From the NCBI GenBank assembly GCA_902518955.1, contig CABYIR010000004.1:7094-71093 (forward strand): 64,000 nucleotides of DNA, given 5' to 3'. The notes below the pieces were generated by a model. That model saw only the letters and a program-made list of their open reading frames with translations, did not search any database and was not told where the DNA came from. This stretch comes from an uncultured Pelagibacteraceae bacterium. GTDB taxonomy: Bacteria > Pseudomonadota > Alphaproteobacteria > Pelagibacterales > AG-422-B15. Below are positions 58,073-64,000 of the stretch, in pieces; within the stretch, counting starts at the first letter, position 1, and the number at the start of each line of letters is the position of its first letter. The position numbers and the translations under genes were made by a program.

Positions 58073-58522
58073 ATGGCTTGGACAAACGAAAAAATTGAAT
58101 TATTAAAAAAGCTTTGGGATGAAGGTCTTACTGCCAGCAGAATAGCTCACGAAATTGGAGATATGACGAGAAATGCTGTCATTGGTAAAGCTCATAGACT
58201 GGGACTATCAGGCCGTATGCAGTCAAAAAGTAAAAATTCATCAATTTCAATCGTAAGAAAAAAGAAAAATAGTCCCTATAACAAAAAAATCATTGAAATT
58301 TCAACTCAAGTTGATGAGCCAATGAATCCTACCCCTTTCCTAGATATTAAGGACGGTATGTGCCGTTGGCCACTAGGCGAGCCAGGAGAAAATAACTTTA
58401 AATTTTGTGGAAGAGGAACTAATGAAAAGGTTTATTGTGAACAGCATCACAAGATGGCATTCCAACCTCTAACATCAATTAGAAGTCGTAAAAAAGTAAA
58501 TAAAAAATTTAGAATTGCCTAA
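58073..58522 (+). CDS. gcrA: Cell-cycle regulator GcrA
   Basis: MAWTNEKIELLKKLWDEGLTASRIAHEIGDMTRNAVIGKAHRLGLSGR and the C-terminal CRWPLGEP...FCG block are diagnostic of GcrA. A GGAGG lies 5 nt upstream of the ATG. Confidence 0.85.
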   Translation: MAWTNEKIELLKKLWDEGLTASRIAHEIGDMTRNAVIGKAHRLGLSGRMQSKSKNSSISIVRKKKNSPYNKKIIEISTQVDEPMNPTPFLDIKDGMCRWPLGEPGENNFKFCGRGTNEKVYCEQHHKMAFQPLTSIRSRKKVNKKFRIA

Positions 58523-58609
58523 ATTACTGATAACAGAAAACTAAAAGCCAGAGAAAATAAAAATATTAAAATAATTACGACGATAACACTTTTCTGCAAA
58601 CTCACTTAA

Positions 58610-59707
58610 TTACTCCTTATGTTTTTTGTATTTTGGCATTGGCATTAAACCTTTGTCAATTTGATCTTGAACTTCTTTTACATATGTTTCAAGTCTAACA
58701 AATCTTTCACTAGTAGAAGGGTGAGTTCCACCACCGGAATATATTGAATTTGGAACTTCAACAGCAAATCGTCTCCAGAAATTTGGAGCTTTAGAAATAT
58801 CATATCCAGACAAAGCTAAAATATAAATGCTTAAATAGTCAGCTTCATTTTCATAATCTATAGAATATGATGTAGCTCCAATATTAGCTCCCAAGTCCAT
58901 GGCATCAGCAGGGTTAGCACCAATTGCTATTCCTAATAGTAAACCAACTAGAGCACCAGTATTAGCATTCTGGATTTTATCAGCAACATGATGATTTGCA
59001 TTATGACCTAGTTCATGTGCAAAAACCATAGCTGCACCTATTTCATCCTGAAGAAGCCATTTAGCCATACGCAATGAAAAAACAATATTATTCCCATCTG
59101 CGTATGCATTAAAAGTATTATTATCTAAATCGATAGCATAATTAAATCTACACCTTGATTCTGTTAAAATAGAAAAATCTTTTTCATTACCATCACGCAT
59201 TATCTTAAGAATTATATTGGACTCATTTTTTTTGCTTACATATTTATAAAAATCAAAAATTGCTTTCTCACCGCTGGGTGCATGTTTTCCATTAATTTTG
59301 ATTATTTCATCACCTACCTTAAGTCCACTTCTGTAACCAGGACTATCGGTTCCAATAGCAACAATTTTTAAACTATCAGTAAGGTTTAAAGATTTATTAA
59401 TTTCCTCTCTAATTGACTCTGGTGCGTCATACTTAGTAGCGACATCAATACCTATTCCAAATATTATATCTTCTTTCTTACATAAATCAGAAGCCTTATA
59501 CAAAATATCAACCCCGATTGGAACAAAAGACTGATATGTTTTCAGCCAACTATCTGCAAAAAGTTGGTTTTGAATTTTTTGTTCATCAATCGATAATTGT
59601 TGATCATAGCTGGGTAAAGAAGATTGTGGCTGGGCACAGCCAAATAAGAAAAATAAAATTAATAAAATTTGATATTTACTAAATTGATACCTGCTCATCT
59701 TTCTCAT
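58610..59707 (-). CDS. M48-family Zn metalloprotease lipoprotein with an internal PDZ-like domain
   Basis: 365 aa. Lipobox LFFLFGCAQ. HELGHN zinc motif. PDZ-like GLKVGDEIIKINGK. Confidence 0.75.
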   Translation of the reverse strand: MRKMSRYQFSKYQILLILFFLFGCAQPQSSLPSYDQQLSIDEQKIQNQLFADSWLKTYQSFVPIGVDILYKASDLCKKEDIIFGIGIDVATKYDAPESIREEINKSLNLTDSLKIVAIGTDSPGYRSGLKVGDEIIKINGKHAPSGEKAIFDFYKYVSKKNESNIILKIMRDGNEKDFSILTESRCRFNYAIDLDNNTFNAYADGNNIVFSLRMAKWLLQDEIGAAMVFAHELGHNANHHVADKIQNANTGALVGLLLGIAIGANPADAMDLGANIGATSYSIDYENEADYLSIYILALSGYDISKAPNFWRRFAVEVPNSIYSGGGTHPSTSERFVRLETYVKEVQDQIDKGLMPMPKYKKHKE

Positions 59708-60575
59708 CTTTCTTAATTTTTTCCTTTTTTATCATAATTAATGAGTGAATAAAAATAATCAATACAATTATTGAACCACCAATTAATGTATTCATTGTTG
59801 GTTCTTCAGATATAAAATACCAAACCCAAAGAGGGCCAAGGGCTGTTTCTAATAGAAAGAAAATACCAACTTCTGGAGAAGTTACGTATTTTGGTGCGAT
59901 TGTGATAAAAATAAAAGATACTCCAACAGTAATAATCATTAATAAAGAGAATACTAAGTCATATCCACCAATGACTAAAGTTGCTGAGAAAGGTAAGGCA
60001 ACAACAGCCGTTAAAAATTTAGCAAGTATATATGATGGAACAAAATTAAAATGATTATATCGTCTCATAACTGTCAAACTGGCCCCCATACTCATGGCAC
60101 ATAATAACCCAAAAAAATCACCAATAAATCTCCCCATTTCGTAAGACTCATAAAAGATAAATATAATTGTTATTAGACAAACAGACATACTTAACCAGGT
60201 TATAAAAATTGGACGCTCATTCAAAAATATTGCAGAAAACAATGCAGCCGATAACGGTATAAGGCTTATCATGATTAAGGCATTAGCGACATTTGTATTA
60301 GCTACAGCAAATATAAAAGTGATATTTGAAAGGAGAATGAATAAAGCATTTATTATTCCAGGAATACCCATATTGTAAAAGTCAATGAATGTTCTTCCTC
60401 TAAATAAAATTAAGTATCCAATAAAAAGAGCTGATGATGGAAAGAGTGAGCGATAAAAGAGAGCGCTCCAAGTATCTAAACTAATAAGTCTAATCAATAG
60501 TGTGTCAGGAGTTATTATCATAACTCCAATAAATGCAAATAAAGTTCCTTTTTGGGTATTAGTTAAGTTCATCAT
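59679..60575 (-). CDS. DMT superfamily (EamA-like) transporter
   Basis: About 10 TM. True start MMNLTNTQKG at 60575 or 60572. The first 30 codons of the track ORF are a read-through of the tRNA gene. Confidence 0.7.
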   Translation of the reverse strand: MMNLTNTQKGTLFAFIGVMIITPDTLLIRLISLDTWSALFYRSLFPSSALFIGYLILFRGRTFIDFYNMGIPGIINALFILLSNITFIFAVANTNVANALIMISLIPLSAALFSAIFLNERPIFITWLSMSVCLITIIFIFYESYEMGRFIGDFFGLLCAMSMGASLTVMRRYNHFNFVPSYILAKFLTAVVALPFSATLVIGGYDLVFSLLMIITVGVSFIFITIAPKYVTSPEVGIFFLLETALGPLWVWYFISEEPTMNTLIGGSIIVLIIFIHSLIMIKKEKIKKDEKDEQVSI

Positions 60576-60586
60576 AACAAAATATT

Positions 60587-60663
60587 TGGTGCGCCGGGAG
60601 AGATTCGAACTCCCGACCCCCAGATTCGTAGTCTGGTGCTCTATCCAGCTGAGCCACCGGCGC
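60587..60663 (-). tRNA. tRNA-Arg (anticodon ACG), CCA encoded
   Basis: Folds by hand as GCGCCGG-TG-GCTC-AGCTGGATA-GAGC-A-CCAGA-CTACGAA-TCTGG-GGGTC-GGGAG-TTCGAAT-CTCTC-CCGGCGC-A-CCA. This gives a 7-bp acceptor stem, D, anticodon and T arms, and a TTCGAAT T-loop. Confidence 0.9.
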
Positions 60664-60693
60664 AATAATTTGAATATAGCATATTAAAAAGAA

Positions 60694-61386
60694 TTATGAC
60701 TTAATTCTTTTTTTAATAAATTTATAAACAATTGGAGATAAAACTATTAGACCAATGAGTAGAATTGGTAAAAAATAATTTAAGTTAAATAACATACTAC
60801 TGTCAAATTCACGAGCTTCTACTATATCTCCTATTCCATTTCCAATACTTGACAAAATATATGCCCAAGGCACAACACCAAATATTGTTGCAATAAAATA
60901 ATCACGAAACTTCATATCAAATATAGCAGGGAGAAGATTCTGAACTCCAAAAGGAACACCTCCTATAACCCTGATAAAAAGTAAGTAGCTAATTGCATTT
61001 CTATTAAATCCATCTTTAAAAGAGTTAAATTTAGTGCCAAGCTTATTCAGAAGATAATTTTTAAAAAAATATCTTCCATATAAAAAAACAATTAATGCTC
61101 CTATTACCTCACCAATGATACAGATAATTAAACCACTAGCTAAACCAAAATAAAATCCTGATAAAATACATACTGGGGTAATAGGACCCATCAATGAAAT
61201 TGATAATGCAATAATAAGTATACAAATAATAATTGAAAAATAATAATTCTCCTGGATAAACCCAGATATGTAACCGTGCTGAGTAATTATAAATTCCATT
61301 GAAATTGGATTATACTTACCAATAACGTATATAAATATCGCGAGGAGAAATGCTGTTATTATGCCAATTTTTATACTTTTGCTCAT
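60694..61386 (-). CDS. TVP38/TMEM64 (DedA-related, SNARE-associated) family membrane protein
   Basis: 230 aa, 5-6 TM. FYFGLASG...GEVIGALIVFLYGRYF resembles the TVP38 family core. Confidence 0.65.
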   Translation of the reverse strand: MSKSIKIGIITAFLLAIFIYVIGKYNPISMEFIITQHGYISGFIQENYYFSIIICILIIALSISLMGPITPVCILSGFYFGLASGLIICIIGEVIGALIVFLYGRYFFKNYLLNKLGTKFNSFKDGFNRNAISYLLFIRVIGGVPFGVQNLLPAIFDMKFRDYFIATIFGVVPWAYILSSIGNGIGDIVEAREFDSSMLFNLNYFLPILLIGLIVLSPIVYKFIKKRIKS

Positions 61387-61412
61387 CTACCCATAGCTGG
61401 AATTGTTAGTAT

Positions 61413-61441
61413 TTGACTATAATGTTAATGCCATTTATAAG
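61413..61441 (+). promoter_or_regulatory. Candidate sigma70-type promoter of rpmH-rnpA-yidD-yidC
   Basis: TTGACT (61413-61418), a 17-nt spacer, then TATAAG (61436-61441), 25 nt upstream of the rpmH ATG. Confidence 0.45.
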
Positions 61442-61466
61442 CCACTAACAAATATAGTCAAAAATT

Positions 61467-61601
61467 ATGAAAAGAACATTCCAACCAAGTAATTTAGTTA
61501 AAAAACGTAGACATGGCTTTAGAGCTCGGTCAGCTACTAAAGATGGTAGAATAATTTTAGCTCGACGTCGTTCAAAAGGCAGAAAAGAATTATCAGCCTA
61601 A
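61467..61601 (+). CDS. rpmH: 50S ribosomal protein L34
   Basis: Too short for the ORF track. Translates as [44 protein letters not shown], the universal L34 sequence pattern. Confidence 0.92.
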   Translation: MKRTFQPSNLVKKRRHGFRARSATKDGRIILARRRSKGRKELSA

Positions 61602-61623
61602 CCGTTAATATTTTTAATGAAAT

Positions 61624-61956
61624 ATGAAAATCGAAACTCTCAAGTCCTCAAAGGATTTTAAGAGAATCAAAAATGGAAAATTTTACAAAAGTCAATCTTT
61701 TCTCTTACAAGCGATGGAAAATGTTGATTCAAAAATAGTACGAGTGGGATATACAGTTACTAAACAAAATGGTAACGCAGTTATAAGAAATAGGATAAAA
61801 AGAAGATTAAGATCAGTTGCACAAGTAGTTTTTAATAATGTTAAAAATAAAAAATGGGATTACGTTATGATTGGTAAAAAAAATACTCTTATTATATCGT
61901 TTGATAAATTAAAATCTGAACTCGAATTGGCCATCAATAAAATCCATAAGAACTAA
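61624..61956 (+). CDS. rnpA: Ribonuclease P protein component
   Basis: 110 aa and basic, with the RNR-type motif [12 protein letters not shown]. In the conserved position after rpmH. Confidence 0.8.
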   Translation: MKIETLKSSKDFKRIKNGKFYKSQSFLLQAMENVDSKIVRVGYTVTKQNGNAVIRNRIKRRLRSVAQVVFNNVKNKKWDYVMIGKKNTLIISFDKLKSELELAINKIHKN

Positions 61957-61966
61957 GCCTATAAAA

Positions 61967-62197
61967 ATGAAACATATATTTATATTTATTATAATTATTT
62001 ACCAAAGGTTGGTATCTCCTTATTTTCCTCAATCATGTAGATTTCAACCAACATGTTCACACTATATGAAAGAAGCGATAGAAGTACACGGTTTAAACAA
62101 AGGATTAATTATGGGAATTAAAAGAATATCTCATTGTCATCCATTTAAAGTTTTAGGAAGTAGAGAAGGTTTTGATCCTGTTCCTCCAAAAGAATAG
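61967..62197 (+). CDS. yidD: Membrane protein insertion efficiency factor YidD
   Basis: 76 aa. [31 protein letters not shown]...RISHCHP matches the YidD pattern. Confidence 0.85.
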   Translation: MKHIFIFIIIIYQRLVSPYFPQSCRFQPTCSHYMKEAIEVHGLNKGLIMGIKRISHCHPFKVLGSREGFDPVPPKE

Positions 62198-62204
62198 TTA
62201 GATT

Positions 62205-63938
62205 ATGGAAAGTAAAAATTTAATATTGGCAATTACATTATCAGTTGGAATACTATTGATATGGTCAATATTATTTGAAGCGCCTCCAATAGAAGACACA
62301 AGTATTATAAATCAAGCAACAGAAATAAAAAAAGAAGAAGGTAAAAAAGAAACTGATCTTGACTTTAATAGTTTTGATATTGGTGAGACTATAGTGAAAT
62401 CCTCTGAAGACATATTATCTTTAGATGAGTCATTAAAAAATTCTCAAAGAATTAAAATCAAAACGCCAAGTTTGTCCGGCTCAATTAATTTACAAGGCCT
62501 TAAAATAGATGACTTAGTGCTTGAGAAATATAATAAAACTCTAGAAGCCGATTCTGAAAAAATTAGATTTTTGTCACCAGGAGATACTCGTGATGGCTTA
62601 GAAATATCATTTGGTTGGATAAAGCCTAAAGACTCATCTTTTGATGTGCCAGACTCTAAATCTCTCTGGAGTATTAGTAATAACTCTACAACTCTTGATG
62701 AGAATAATGAGATAATATTAGAATGGTCAAATAATTCAGGTCAAATCTTCCAAACTTTTATTAGTGTCGATAAAGACTACCTATTTAATATAAAGCAAGT
62801 TGTGAAAAATAATTCCTCAGAAGAAATTATAATTAATAACAATAGCAAGGTTATTAGAAAAGAAGCACCTCAATTATCTGGAATGTTTATATTACATGAA
62901 GGGCCAATTGGCGTCTTACAAGAGGAGCTTGAACTTATTGATTACGACGATCTTAAAGAAGATAAAGATGTACTTAATTATGAGAGTGATAATGGTTGGA
63001 TTGGAATAACAGATAAATATTGGCTGGCTGCATTGATACCAGATCAAAATATACCCTTCAAAAGTATATATGCTTATGATGATAATCTTGGCTATGTAGC
63101 ATATTTTAGATCTCTGGATTCATATAGCGTAAAGCCGAATACTAAAATTGAAATTGATAGTAAAGTTTTTGCTGGAGCAAAAGAAGCTGATCTTCTCGAT
63201 CTCTATCAAGAAAAATATAACATCTATAATTTTGACTTAGCTATTGATTGGGGCTGGTTTTATTTTATTACCAAACCATTATTTTATGCAATTTCTTACT
63301 TCTATCAATTATTTGGAAACTTTGGTATAGCCATCATCATTTTAACTGTAATCACAAGAATTGTATTCTTTCCTTTAGCTAATTGGTCTTTTGTTTCAAT
63401 GGCTAAAATGAAATTACTTCAACCAGAAATGACTCGAATAAAAGATTTATATAAGGATGATAGACAGCAACAGCAGCAAGCCTTAATGGCTCTTTATAAA
63501 AAAGAAAAAGTTAATCCTGTCTCTGGATGTCTGCCTATCTTAATACAAATACCTTTCTTTTTTGCAATTTATAAAATGTTGTTCATTTCTATTGAAATGA
63601 GACATGCTCCATTCTACGGATGGATTGAGGACTTATCAGTGAAGGATCCTACAACAATATTCAATTTATTTGGATTAATACCCTGGGATCCACCCTCATT
63701 TATGATAATTGGTATCTGGCCTATTTTAATGGGGCTAACAATGTATCTTCAACAAAAGTTAAATCCAGCTCCACCAGATCCCATTCAAGCTAAAATATTT
63801 TCATTCTTTCCTTTGTTTATAACAATTCTTTTATCTCAATTTGCTGCTGGACTTGTTATTTATTGGACAACAAATAATATCCTATCCATTTTACAACAAT
63901 GGATTATTACTCGACGAACAAAAATAAAAACTAATTAA
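62205..63938 (+). CDS. yidC: Membrane protein insertase YidC
   Basis: 577 aa. N-terminal TM, a large periplasmic domain and a C-terminal 60-kDa-IMP core (GNFGIAIIILTVITRIVFFPL, KVNPVSGCLPILIQIPFFFAIY). Confidence 0.9.
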   Translation: MESKNLILAITLSVGILLIWSILFEAPPIEDTSIINQATEIKKEEGKKETDLDFNSFDIGETIVKSSEDILSLDESLKNSQRIKIKTPSLSGSINLQGLKIDDLVLEKYNKTLEADSEKIRFLSPGDTRDGLEISFGWIKPKDSSFDVPDSKSLWSISNNSTTLDENNEIILEWSNNSGQIFQTFISVDKDYLFNIKQVVKNNSSEEIIINNNSKVIRKEAPQLSGMFILHEGPIGVLQEELELIDYDDLKEDKDVLNYESDNGWIGITDKYWLAALIPDQNIPFKSIYAYDDNLGYVAYFRSLDSYSVKPNTKIEIDSKVFAGAKEADLLDLYQEKYNIYNFDLAIDWGWFYFITKPLFYAISYFYQLFGNFGIAIIILTVITRIVFFPLANWSFVSMAKMKLLQPEMTRIKDLYKDDRQQQQQALMALYKKEKVNPVSGCLPILIQIPFFFAIYKMLFISIEMRHAPFYGWIEDLSVKDPTTIFNLFGLIPWDPPSFMIIGIWPILMGLTMYLQQKLNPAPPDPIQAKIFSFFPLFITILLSQFAAGLVIYWTTNNILSILQQWIITRRTKIKTN

Positions 63939-64000
63939 TTATCATGGTAGTATTAAAAAAAAGAGCTCAAGATAGAGCTCAGCTATTAAAAAAATATTGG

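Noticed and set aside
60576-60665. N-terminal 30 codons of the 328-aa track ORF 59679-60665 (MRRWLSWIEHQTTNLGVGSSNLSRRTKYFV).
   Set aside because: This stretch is simply a translation of the tRNA-Arg gene on the same strand. The real CDS starts at MMNLTNTQKG (60575/60572).
4096-60687. About 45 short ORFs in the track (60-140 aa) that lie antisense to, or out of frame within, the long genes. Examples: 4096-4323, 4852-5157, 6656-6910, 7702-8125, 8792-9206, 10313-10865, 11938-12401, 18516-18988, 21561-21752, 23757-24076, 25370-25591, 26441-26626, 29614-29820, 31663-31974, 32631-33136, 36348-36662, 39361-39639, 41242-41433, 43548-43808, 43868-44077, 47774-48007, 48460-48855, 49884-50129, 50358-51137, 54737-54928, 55660-55908, 56018-56434, 57615-57815 and 60502-60687.
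   Set aside because: Each is fully embedded in a longer ORF that has clear family motifs. Their translations are low-complexity or Ser/Pro/Leu/Ile-rich with no recognisable domain. They are shadow ORFs.
61387-63938. Chromosomal replication origin, because rpmH-rnpA-yidD-yidC flanks oriC/dnaA in many bacteria.
   Set aside because: No dnaA gene, no cluster of TTATCCACA-like boxes and no long AT-rich non-coding stretch is present. Alphaproteobacterial origins are usually elsewhere, in the hemE region.
63944-64000. ORF beginning ATG GTA GTA TTA AAA AAA AGA (MVVLKKRAQDRAQLLKKYW...) after yidC.
   Set aside because: Only 19 codons are visible before the window ends. No family is recognisable, so it is not reported as a feature.
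1-64000. Mobile elements, prophage, CRISPR arrays, defence systems, toxin-antitoxin pairs and large repeats.
   Set aside because: I saw no transposase, integrase, recombinase, Cas or restriction-type motifs in any ORF. There are no spaced direct-repeat arrays, and no obvious compositional break by eye anywhere in the window.

Overview
The window is AT-rich (about 30% G+C by eye, not computed) and very gene-dense. I call about 65 intact CDS and one tRNA. I see no rRNA, CRISPR array, transposase, integrase or phage genes. Many genes overlap by 1-8 nt or abut with no spacer. This architecture and the gene content suggest a streamlined marine alphaproteobacterium of the SAR11/Pelagibacterales type; that is an inference, not a search result.

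Layout:
- 1-4661 (minus): a translationally coupled glutathione/redox cluster (DsbA-like isomerase, two GSTs, DUF1330, nitronate monooxygenase).
- 4727-9301 (plus): a TetR gene followed by four back-to-back membrane-anchored proteins ending in a Cys-type sulfatase.
- 9336-30881: the most interesting part, a methylated-amine/osmolyte demethylation island. It holds dimethylglycine dehydrogenase, betaine-homocysteine methyltransferase, an orphan Rieske oxygenase, an OpuA/ProU(TmoXVW)-type ABC importer interrupted by two secreted proteins of unknown function, a DUF1989+GcvT protein with TMAO-demethylase (Tdm) architecture, an extra SoxB-like flavoprotein, a four-subunit sarcosine-oxidase/N-methylglutamate-dehydrogenase-type enzyme, an esterase and a GmaS-like type III glutamine synthetase.
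- 30939-33977: Fe-ADH, a HIBADH-like dehydrogenase and an EamA transporter.
- 34024-38765: a compact glycoside operon (serine hydrolase, GPH symporter, galactokinase, GH1).
- 39201-50178: beta-oxidation-type genes, interspersed with a NUDIX/YbaK/RmlA-like trio and a TauE-TIGR02186-CcdA trio.
- 50186-63938: housekeeping genes (pyrD, class I lysyl-tRNA synthetase, folE, trkH, argF, argD, gcrA, M48 protease, tRNA-Arg, rpmH-rnpA-yidD-yidC).

All functional calls come from motifs I recognise in the translations. No database search was run.
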